A stretch of 62,985 bases of DNA, counting the filler, from Phoronis australis (taxonomy: Eukaryota; Animalia; Phoronida), in NCBI GenBank assembly GCA_002633005.1. It is 5 parts of 5 records of this genome, joined end to end, with 100 filler letters (N's around TTAATTAATTAA, not from the genome) between each part and the next. Parts side by side here need not be neighbours in the genome. Positions count along the whole stretch, not along the records: positions 1 to 17,206 come from NMRA01000149.1; positions 17,307 to 43,577 come from NMRA01000939.1; 3 more parts are not named here. One strand, 5' to 3'. The notes below the pieces were generated by a model that saw only the letters and a list, made by a program, of their open reading frames with translations, searched no databases and was not told where the DNA came from. Positions 13,391-24,252 of this stretch are shown piece after piece (within the stretch, counting starts at the first letter, position 1; every line of letters starts with the position of its first letter). Position numbers and translations under genes: made by a program.

Positions 13391-14650
13391 AATGAGTTCG
13401 GGCAAGTCGCCAATTGGCCAAGTAAAATTACCTTGACAACGCTCTCAGTGAATTTGGTCGTTCTGAAATCTATATTTTTCCTTTTTGTTAAGGAAATTTT
13501 CATTAATATTTTAACACATCAAGTAGATATGCCTAGTGCTCAGAAATTTTAAAGAATTTTATTTTTTAATTAATTAAGTGCTTAAATTGGATTCTTTATT
13601 ATTACAGCAAAATAGTAATTATTCGTAAACAACTAAATTTCAGAAACTTAGAAATTATTGAAATGAATTTTAATTAAATTACAAATAATTGCTGTAAGAG
13701 TGATTTATACTGCTAAGCCCTATGGCTTACAAACAACTGGCTCTGGTGGCTTGATAATTATCGCACTCAACCTAAAGGTATGGCACTTATAGAATTGATT
13801 TACAAACACAGGACTTCCATAACCCAATTTCAATTTACATAATTGGTGACCTTGGACCTTTCTGATGTATGGGCGTTCAAGAAAACAGGGATGAAGGTTG
13901 TGAAATACTTACAAAAAAGCAAGTGCACGCCAAACCTTGCAGGTGAAAGGCGGTTCGCGAATACCAGCAATGATGAATTATGGGACAGAATTATCTGTTT
14001 CTTTTCTGCGACTGAAGATGTCTCGTTACAAGTGCCTCGCCAGTGTCTTGCACTTGCAGAACGTACCCCAGGAGTAGAATCTGTATTCTGCTTAAAGAGG
14101 CCTGGAACGCGAAAAATACACTAAATTGCATTAATCAAAGTCACTGTGGTTCTCTACCACAGAAAGAGAATTCAACATGTTGACGAGGTATTTTTACATA
14201 TTGTTCTTAAGAATTTTGAATTCCTGTTGATGTCAAAGCATTTTTTATTTTTTGTTTCAAATTTCAAAAATACGATCTGTTAAGTGCTCGTCACTTCGTC
14301 GATTTTTCTCCCAAAGGGAAAGCACGTTTTCTAATTTGATATGGTAAGACAAAGATGTAGCACATTTCCCTTATTTGAAAAATGTGACCTTTGACCTTGG
14401 ATGTAAACAAACACGATAATCTGCTGTTAATGTCCATCTTGTCAGTCAGCTGTGAGTGCATGCGCTCAATCATCATAAATGGGAGAGAGATTAGAAACTC
14501 TGTGGTGACTACAGTTTTTCTTCGCGCGTTTTTCAAAAATCGTGAATTTCGATTGCCTCACAGGGAAAAGTGAATAACTCCGCGTAGTAGACGTTGCAAG
14601 GTGATTCTGATTTTTTGACGAGCTTTCAGTTCCACGCCTGTTTTAAATTA

Positions 14651-15040
14651 ATGTAGAAAATAAATCTGAAACTAAATAAGGCGATCCAGATGCTCCTAAG
14701 GATACTATTGTTTCACGAAATGTAGAATATAAATAGGTAAATAAAACAACAAGAATGGATCAACTGAAATTTTCGGATGTAATAACGTCCTTTGTCAATC
14801 CAGTGTCTTCTTTGCTTGATTAAACTTTCTTCCATTCATATTACCTCATTTAGGATCCACTATTATGATGGATGCTTCAGATAAGAAGATGATAAATAAC
14901 GTAGAAAATAAATCTGAAACTAAATAAGGCGATCAAGATCCTCCCAAGGATACTATTGTTTCACGAAATGTAGAATATAAATAGGTAAATAAAACAACAA
15001 TTTCTGTTGATCCATTCTTGTTGTTTCATTTATCTATTTA
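14651..15040. repeat. Two direct copies plus an inverted partial copy of the ~115-bp repeat (MITE-like remnant)
   Basis: Direct copies at 14651-14765 and 14901-15000. 15006-15040 (GTTGATCCATTCTTGTTGTTTCATTTATCTATTT) is the reverse complement of the repeat's 3' end. Confidence 0.85.
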
Positions 15041-15099
15041 AATTAATGAGGATATCTCGCACAGCCTTGGGTGCTTTGAAAGAACAGCAGGATATCGAC

Positions 15100-15102
<3 letters not shown>

Positions 15103-15130
<28 letters not shown>

Positions 15131-15160
15131 GCGCACGCATGCCACACACACATACACACG
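15103..15160. repeat. (CA)n microsatellite, interrupted
   Basis: Direct reading of the sequence. Confidence 0.95.
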
Positions 15161-16789
15161 CGTGTGAGACCGATATCCTGCGTGTTCTTTCAGAGCACCC
15201 AGTGCATGTCATGTATATTTATATGTATGTATGTATAGGGAAATCCTGTTCATAATTGTAGATGTATCGCCATCTCGTGATTCTTTGTCAAACGATTGTC
15301 GTGTATTTTGTAAGTTAGGACGCAAGCTCTCGATTCCGATGGAACAGTATACAGTGGCGTCATTTGCAGAGATTTCTACTTACTGTCGGCTGTTTGTTTA
15401 TGTCAAGGTGGATTTAATGTTGGTGCAAGCCATCGCTTATCTTCAGAAATTGTATTACTTGATGTTGTAACTTTGTGACCCACACTTCAAAATTGTAATA
15501 ATACTCTGTTCTAGCCTATCAGGTGACATTGATTCTGACTTGATTCCTCAAGTCTTTAAAAAATGTTATTCAGTCTTAGTCAAGCTTCAAATGCTTGCAG
15601 CAAGTTTGAGAACTCCTTACGTAGTCTGTTATAAATTAGCAGGCGTGACTAACATGTAGATAGAAGTAATCAAAGGTCGTGTGGGGCACAGTGTTGCCTC
15701 CAACGATAAGATCTACATCGTGAAAAAGTTAGGATATGCTTAAGCTGAACGTGTGCAGGTTTCCAGGTATAATCCATAAATTTTCCCAATTTCATGAATT
15801 CCTTTGTTCATGTAACTGCGAATGTGTTCTAAGCGGAATTTCACTCATTCTTTATGCGAATACAAGACTAACTCCCGTCTTTCAGAGACAAAGAATTATA
15901 CTAATCACTGAATTCGATACAGAAGTAGATATGACGGACAAACGCACTTGTTAATCTACTGAAAATCGTCCTGTGGTCGATAACAGCGACCATTGTTTTA
16001 GTCTCCCCCTTACGCACTCCATTATACACAGTATCGATGTGGGCTGTCTGGGAATGACGTCATTGGGCGAGACCAAGGTGTAGTTTATGGTAGAACCAAC
16101 TGTTAGTCTCTCGTGATAGTCGTTGTAAAACTTTGCAATGTGAGCATACCTTTAATAAATAAAATTGTAGAAGAAATCGACTCGGGTGTGAATGTACTGA
16201 GCTCTTATTTGGTATTTCTGTATGTGTCTATTACTCCTGGTGCACATTATTTACATATATGCAAATGATTTGCTATTTCATAATAAGTATGTTGTGTAAG
16301 TGTTTCGTTATTTATTTTCATTCACTGTACAGTGTGTGTAATATTAAATACAACATATTTGGCCTACATGTAATCCGTTGCCAATCTTTATTGAGTGTCC
16401 TTTTTGCTACCCTGCCTCAATACTCCAACTTCGTATTACTATGTGTGCATTATCAAATCATACTCCCAGAGAAGCTGTGCTGCATTGTTCATATCTGTTT
16501 TGCTTTAAGAAAGAGTATAAGTCAACTGACGAGAGAAAAACTCAGTACTAGGGAAAAAGCCAACGAAAAGTGGCTGCATCTATCGGAAAAAATGAAACAC
16601 CCGAGCGGGACAGTAGTAACTCGTTACACAAAGAATCACTAAAACGGCACGAAAGCTGTGCTAGGATGTACTACTGTACAATGGATAACTTATCTTTAAT
16701 GAACCTTTACGTATATAAAACGACTTGCAGTGTGATTAGACACAGTTCGACGTGTGAAACTGACTGTCAGACGAAAAGTAAGAATGAAC

Positions 16790-16955
16790 AATGCGCATGC
16801 GAGACTCTAAGTGCAGATGCACCAACTCGCTGGTTCCATGCGTGCCTAGCCAGCGCGCAGGTATCACGTAGTGTCACGCGCTTTAGTATTGGTTGATGTA
16901 ACCTCAGTCAGCAGTCATTGGTTAGCTATACAACACCGTGAAAAAATGGCGGACT
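16790..16955 (+). promoter_or_regulatory. Housekeeping-type promoter and probable start codon (ATG 16946) of a gene cut by the contig end
   Basis: NRF1-like TGCGCATGCG (~16792), two ATTGGTT inverted CCAAT boxes (~16888, ~16917), YY1-like AAAATGGCGG overlapping the ATG, and local CpG enrichment. Confidence 0.55.
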
Positions 16956-17206
16956 GTGAACGATTTTTAGCCTCGACATGCAAGTTGCGTCGCAGCAACT
17001 ATTTCTTTTCTGCAGTGATGTTTAATAGCTGCGTGCTTGAAGCACAAACATGTACAATAAACACATATCTGGCCGATTTAACCGGTGTTTAATAGTCTTA
17101 TTCATACTGTATGAATACAGGACAGAATCGTAAACAAAAGTCATCGACAGTAGAAACATGTACTTTGAAAAGGCGCAATCACAATTTCTAGGATTCACAT
17201 TTCCTG

Positions 17207-17306
17207 NNNNNNNNNNNNNNNNNNNNNNNNNNNNNNNNNNNNNNNNNNNNTTAATTAATTAANNNNNNNNNNNNNNNNNNNNNNNNNNNNNNNNNNNNNN
17301 NNNNNN
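17207..17306. other. Artificial contig spacer N44-TTAATTAATTAA-N44
   Basis: Exactly 100 nt. The core has stop codons in all six frames. The same spacer occurs four times. Confidence 0.97.
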
Positions 17307-17341
17307 GTGGGATGTGGGGGTGGAGGGGGCTTTAAAACAAT

Positions 17342-17500
17342 CCAGCCTACCGTTCAGTAACGCTAGGACCTCGCTAAAAAGCAAGACTTCACGAGATTAC
17401 GTGAGATATTGCCGTGGATTTTAAATGAGAGCACATGACTTTGACTAGGTTTTAGCTAGCTCCTAGCGTAGGTCCTAGCGTCTGCTGAACACACGCCAGG
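17342..17500 (+). mobile_element. ~160-bp MITE family, copy A
   Basis: Internal inverted arms GTTCAGTAACGCTAGGACCT / AGGTCCTAGCGTCTGCTGAAC. A close reverse-complement copy lies at 62533-62691, and a degenerate copy near 4575-4682. Confidence 0.85.
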
Positions 17501-18095
17501 ATTTCTTCTTTTTTGGTTTTGATTTCCTCTTGATTTCCAGTTACCTTTTATTTCATCTCTTTTTTATCATTATTTTGACTTTAAATATTTCTATCACACA
17601 AGCCTATTTTTGAAACCATACATCTCCTGGAAAATTTTCCTCTTTTTGCCATTAGTCATTGCAAGCCCTGACACAGATCACTGACTAAACAGCGACCACC
17701 GTCTCTACTGGAGCCAGCTAGAGACGGTCTTTAATTCCTTCTAACTCAAACTTTTTTTGAGCAGTGCTTCATTTGGTTGCCCAGATCAGCAAATGGCCAT
17801 TTTTACATAGCTCGTGCCAGGGGATATGACATAATCGAGGGCCTCCAAAGGTGTCCCTATATGCAAAAGGTACTAAATAGGAACATGACTTCGATGGTTT
17901 AATCAGTGTGTGGAATAATCCATCGAAAAGCTTCCGGTGTATGAAGGCCCTATGGGAGCATCATTTCAAGAGTCGCATCACATTTGCCTTTGGCTTTATG
18001 TCCATTTTAGAAGCAGCAGTACATAATGTGCTGTAAGTGACTTTAAAACATTTTTCACCAAGATATTTTTCATATTTGTTAACGCTAAGTTCCAG

Positions 18096-19678
18096 TCTGT
18101 CCGCTGAAGAAAACGTTCAACTGGATGTAGACAAGACTATTAAAGACTTGTTAGACAAAGAGGATTACCAAGGGGCAGCTGCTGCATATGGCTTCTCGAA
18201 GGAGGTGAGTTTCTAGTGATGTTGCTCTCCTAGCTGAGTGTGTTTCTTACTCTTGCAATTGTAACTACTGGAAGTACAAAATGTTGACTGAATCATCATG
18301 ACTCTATATTTCTACTGTGTACACTTTATTGATTTCGCCAGTTCAGCTGCATCAACTGGTTTAGGCATCTGATTGGTCCTTGATGAGGACTTCAGGCTTA
18401 CAGACCATCGATGGCTATCAAGTACAGCCAATATTCGTCTTCTACTTCAGATGACAGCTTGCGACACACAGGGTTTCATCCCGCGGGGTTTTCTTTCACA
18501 TAGTGGGAAAGGTGTGCTACTAAACATTCAAAATTTAGACCAAAGCAATATCTGGGCATTCACGGTGATGCCAGAGCAATATCTGGGCATTCATAGTGAT
18601 GCCAGAGCAATATCTGGGCATTCAAGGTGATGCCAGAACAATATCTGGGCATTCATGGTGATGCCAGAGCAATATCTGGGGATTCATGGTGATGCCAGAG
18701 CAATATCTGGGCATTCATAGTGATGCCAGAGCAATATCTGGGCATTCATAGTGATGCCAGAGCAATATATGGGCATTCATAGTGATGCCAGAGCAATATC
18801 TGGGCATTCATAGTGATGCCAGAGCAATATCTGGGCATTCATAGTGATGCCAGAGCAATATCTGGGCATTCATGGTGAGACCAGAGCCGGTACCAACACT
18901 GTTCATACTCTCGTCCTCCATTTTCTACAAAGCCATTTACCATTCCAAGACAAGACAATGAAGTCAAATTACCTACCTAAGGGGGGGTAGCGTAAAATCT
19001 TACCAATTTGGGACACAAAATGGTGAATGTTGAATTTTTTTAAATTTTCATTTTTCGTTATAAAGGATAACTACCACCACATATAATATTTTATCATACT
19101 TTTAAGTTCTACACCACGGCCATGATATTTTGAGAAATTATGGTCGCTGTCTGAAGCCTTTGAAAAATTGCAGGAAGTCAGTTTTGGCAATTATTTCTGT
19201 CCCCAATTGGTGAGATTGTGCCTTATCTCATGGCCAAGTTGTCCACCATAGGCAATGCATGATATGCAGACTCATGAGAGGCCTCTGTTACCTACACGGC
19301 CATTTTGTATGAGAGTCTGTGAGGGTGGCACAGTAGACATGAACAACAACAAATGAATTTCGAAATAAATGTAGTTTGAAGAATATCGAACACACCATGA
19401 TAAAGTAATGCTGTATCCACTATTAATGGTTTTAGTCCACCATAAGGACACCTGTTGGTACATTTGTACCGCGAGGGGAATAAAGTTTTATAATCTGTTT
19501 ATAACCAGTCTTTCATAAAAAAATAGAGAAGTAATTGATCGACATTGCTTATTACGTTTTATTTTGGTAGGAAATCGATGAGCTGGTGTTCAATGCCGAC
19601 TCAAACTTTGATGGATACCTTCAAGACCATGAACGAAGGAACCTTCTGGTGAGACTAGCACTGAAGATGGCAGTGAAG
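18096..19678 (+). CDS. Two exons encoding an EF-hand-like (or UBA-like) module, probably the N-terminus of the downstream Ufd2-like gene
   Basis: Exon 18096 (or 18063)-18204 LSAEENVQLDVDKTIKDLLDKEDYQGAAAAYGFSKE joins in phase to 19571-19678 EIDELVFNADSNFDGYLQDHERRNLLVRLALKMAVK. It ends in phase 0 but the next exon (22914) needs phase 1, so the link is unresolved. Confidence 0.65.
18544..18886 (+). repeat. 31-bp minisatellite, ~11 copies, intronic
   Basis: Unit AGCAATATCTGGGCATTCATAGTGATGCCAG repeated head to tail with few substitutions and no spacers. Confidence 0.95.
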
Positions 19679-20949
19679 GTAATATATGTGTTGCGTGTTT
19701 TGAAATTTGCCTGTTAAATGCCCATTTTGCATTTGAAAGGACGATATAGAGATATTTGTGGTTGTTAGTTATTGGTATTCAGCAGCAAGTTGCGGAATTA
19801 AAGAATTAATAAACATTGTTTACTTTAAGTCTTCAGTGCTCGAAGAAATCAATCTCTGACTTGTCGCGTTTTTTTTTTGTTTATCTTCAGTTAGTTTTAT
19901 TATCTTTCACCACACGTGATGCTGAGCAGGTTACTCGCTGATATTTGCTGCAGCTGGACAATTATTAGTTCTGACATTTTTGAACATTTGCTTTCCAGTT
20001 TGTACTGAGTTTAAAGCAAAGTGCACCCTTTTTTTCTCTAGTATATAGACAGTCAAAACTTAATTTTCCTCAAATTTTTATCGTTAGACAAGATATATAA
20101 TGATGCTTGTTCAGATCAAACTTAGTGTATGCAGTCCTGAGTACTATTAATTATAGGGATAAAAAGAAAATCGAGTTGATGAAAGAAATTAAATTAGGGT
20201 GACGTCTCAACTAACCCTAGACAGTTAATTTTTCTGTTGAATATTAAAATGTGAGCACTGGTTTTTGTATTAATGTCATGATCCGTTCATGGTTATTTCT
20301 GTTTGTTTAAATCCATTTTATCAATCAAAATACATGAAGAGGTCTTAAAGATCAGTTGGGTTTTTCAAAAGTTTGAAGTGAGGTATCACAGATGACATAA
20401 TAAAGTTATAAACTTATTCCCATTGTAATCTGTACCTGATTGTCTATGTATCCCTTAAAGTGCAAATTGCAGGTTAATTTCTTATTACTGTGATTGCTTG
20501 GCCAATTTAGTTAGAAACACAGCATAAAGTGACCATGTGAATTTGAAGTAGCTTGAAAGGTGCCAAATGTTTTTAAGAATGAGTTTTGTGGCGAAAATGA
20601 ACTGCCATAAATCACTGAGGAGNGCGTCCTGGTGGTGATGGCGATTATGATGAGGCACCCCCCAAAGTCTCATGGTAGTGTTATACCATTGTTGTAAAAA
20701 AATTACTGATTGACGGCAGAAAATGAAATTAAAAACTTTTTCCTTGGTTTCCCAATGTTTCAAGTCACAGATGGTTAAGGAAATGTATTGAAATGTATTC
20801 CCCTTTAGTTAGATCATTGGTTTGATTGAAAAACCATTTTTTCAGTATTTGTGTAGACTGTGATTTGTAACACGTGCATGCACTGTAAATGCAAATAAAA
20901 GACTATGAAATGTGCGAGATGGAGAGGCCATTCAACATTTTTAATATAA

Positions 20950-22573
20950 ATATGTGGGTGCATTATGCCGTCATCTGCGTCGGTCCGTCCGGACGGTGTC
21001 CGTCCGGCGTCCGCTGCTTTATCTCCAAAACAGATTGATGTATGCTCATGAACTTTTGTGCATGTGTTCCTTTTGTGGATGGGACTGCATGAGCAAACAT
21101 TCGGGCGGTTCCAACTACCAGTGTGCCCCCTAGTGGCAATTTTATTTTTTTACGTTTACCTCTGTATCTTCAAAGGTCCTCAAGGTATTTTCATGAAATT
21201 TGGTATATAGGCATCTATTAGTAGAACGATGACATCCTCCCGTTTTCGGATGGATTCGACATAGTTCACGCCACCTAGTGGTCATTTTTACTGTTTTCGA
21301 GTCTGTTTTTTTACGTCCACCTCTCTATCACCCAAATCACTCTAAGCATGATTGTGAAAATTGGCATGTATGTTCTTACTATGAAGAGGGTGGTTGACGA
21401 TGATTTTCCAACGACTTCAACTACTGTGGCGCCCCCCAGTGGCAATTTTATTTTTTTACGTTTTCCTCTGTATCTTCAAAGTTTCTCAAGGTATTTTCAT
21501 AAAATTTAGCGTACAGGCCTCTGTTAGTGAGATGATGCTATCTTTCCATTTTCAGATGGATTCGACCTAGTTTGCGCCACCTAGTGGCCATTTTTACTGT
21601 TTTGAGTCTGTTTTTTGGCATCCACCCCTCTATAAACCAAACCACTTTCAGGATAACTGTAAAAATTGGCTTGTATGTTTTTAATATGAAGTGGACGGCT
21701 GACGATAATTTTCCGATGACTTCGACTACTGTGGCGCCTCCTAGTGGCAGTTTCTTTTTTGCGCCCATAGCTGTATCTCCTAAACCGTTTGTAGGATCTT
21801 AACTAAATTTAAGAAGTGTGTTTATAGGATGTTGACAACGAACAACGATGATTTCGGGATGGATCTGAGTATTGGTATGCCCCCTGGTGGCAATTTAAGT
21901 TTTACGTTTACCTCTGTATCTTCAAAGGTCGTCAAAAGATGTTCATAAAATTTTGAATAAGGGCATCTATTGATGAGATGACGCTATCCTCTCATTTTTG
22001 GATGGGATCAAGGTAATTTGTGCCACCTAGTGGGCATTTTTGCTGTTTTCGAGCCTGTTTTTTGGCGTCTACCTCTCTATCAACCAAATCATTCTAAGGA
22101 TGGTTTTGAAAATTGGCGTATATGGTCTCAGTGTGAAGAGGACGGTTGATGATGACGACTTTGACTACTCTGGCGCCTCCTAGTGGTAGTTTTGTTTTGT
22201 TTTGCGGCCACAGCTGTATCTCCTAAACCCACTGGAGGATCTTCATTAAATTTTGTAAGTGCATTTATATGAAGCGAACAACAGACAATGATGACTTTCA
22301 GGCAGATCCAATGAACACTGTGCCCCCTAATGGCAATTTCATATTATTCTGTTTTCCTTTGATTCTCTGAAGTTCCTTGGCAGATTTCTATGAAATTTGG
22401 AATTTGGTGAATAGCTTTCTATTAAAGAAGCAATGACATGTTCCCATTTTCGGATGGATTGTATGTTTTTGCGCCATCTAGTGCCCGTTTTATGACACAA
22501 ATAAGCAACCCTAAAAGCACACCATTTGCGATGCATTCGTGGGCGCATTTCAACGCTCGGCGTTGCTATTGTT
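20950..22573 (+). mobile_element. Helentron-associated non-autonomous element (HINE/DINE-1-like) with an internal ~150-bp tandem array
   Basis: 5' GTGGGTGCATT followed by a (GTCC)n microsatellite; about 10 related ~150-bp monomers; 3' GTGGGCGCATTT plus stem-loop CAACGC-TCG-GCGTTG (22551-22565) ending in T-rich sequence. A 5' subTIR is not clearly identifiable. Confidence 0.75.
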
Positions 22574-22913
22574 AGCTTTTGAATGCATAATACAGCGTGA
22601 CCCAAAACAAACATGTGAAAGCTTTAATAACACCTACATCAATCCATTTATTTTTTTTCATAATTGGTAGACTTTGGATTATCTATCCGAAAAGGTTTGG
22701 TCATGCAAGTCAGTGTGCATTGAATTTTTGTTCTTTCCAAAAACTAGATTTTCGTAATTTTCTGTAAAATTTTGTCTGATTTTTGTATAGGTCTGCTTAT
22801 ATGTTCAAGTGTAGTCAACTATGAAGAAACTGTAGTGCATTGCATGTGCTCTGTGTTGCTTCATTGTTACGTAAGCTTAAAGTAATTGTGAATTTTGTGT
22901 TCTTTTCTCACAG

Positions 22914-24170
22914 CTATTCCTACAACTAAGACACGTGACGAAATTCGAAATGCCTGGGCCAATAGGGTGCAGCAGACAATTGCACAAGAAGTACCAAATA
23001 CGCGGAAACGAGAGCAAAAACCAACTGCAGTTACTAACAAAGGTGGCGATGTAAGACCAGCTTTGGAACTGTTGCAAGAAGGAGCGAGACTCCGGTCATC
23101 TGGGGGTTTAGCTCAGCAAAAGAAGACAATAGGGGCAGTTGAGGAAACGCCTCCAAAACCTACGTGCCATATCAAGGAAGATAGTGTTGAGCCTGAAAAG
23201 GGTAAATCTTTGTAAAGTTACTTTAAATGTTCCTAATATTAAACAATGGTTAATTTTTATGTTAAACAAGTGGGTTTGGAAAAGAAGAAAAAGTTTAAGG
23301 TGCTTAAACTTTAAGCTGCTGTTGCCAAACAGGCTGCATTCTAAATTATAATGTGAACTTCTTTCATCTCTCAAAATGAACTACTTATAATTAAAAAATG
23401 ATAAATTTACAATTTTTATTTCAACATGGTCTGTTGTCAGGTGATTTCTTGCTTGTTGAGGCTGAACAGCCCGGTGAAACCAATCAGCAGCTCAGTGATT
23501 GTGCATCGCCAAGCAACAAAGAGTGCAATAATGGCAGTGATGTCATATCTCCCAAAAACAACCCAACTGAGATTGCAGTGCCATCTGTTGAGAGTGTAGG
23601 AAGTAATAAGAGGAGCATAGTAGATGAAAGAAAAAGAGCTAAAGTAGAACAGAGTCACATTCCAACCAAAGTCAAGACCAAAGAAGAAATATGCATTGAA
23701 GTTTTATCTTACTTGTTGAATGTAAAATTGGTATGTTGTTAGTTCTTTACTGTTATGTTAAGCATTTGTTTCTATGCAAATCATTGAAAATGGCACTATT
23801 TAATTAGTGTAAAAATTCTTCAATATGGGATACTGAAAATTTAATTATTTTGCTTAAGGTAGGAGTTTGTCCCAAATTCTAGAAATAGACGGTATTGGCC
23901 ATCCTGAATTCAAGAATTGTTGGAAAGACAGCAAAATTACACATTCTATAGATTGACAGCACATTCGAAATTTGAGAAATATGGTGAACACGAAAAATGT
24001 CCTTGTCCCAAGTTCCAGCATCAAGAAAATTTTAATTTTTGCTTGAATTTCCGTGTCCCAAATTCTAGAGACAGTGTAACAATTGCAAGGCAGGGACAAG
24101 TTGATCAATGTATCTCTGGGATGCATTCAATGTAAGGAACGATATCTGGAGAACTATGATGCTCTGGCTT

Positions 24171-24252
<82 letters not shown>

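Noticed and set aside
17251-17262. TTAATTAATTAA as a homeodomain site or biological motif
   Set aside because: Always centred in 44+44 Ns; an artificial six-frame stop spacer.
16946-18204. ATG 16946 as first exon of the Ufd2-like gene
   Set aside because: An artificial gap intervenes, and the candidate donors give phase 1 while exon 18096 needs phase 2.
18544-18886. CRISPR-like array (31-bp palindromic repeats)
   Set aside because: Units are contiguous with no unique spacers, the context is a eukaryotic intron, and there are no cas genes.
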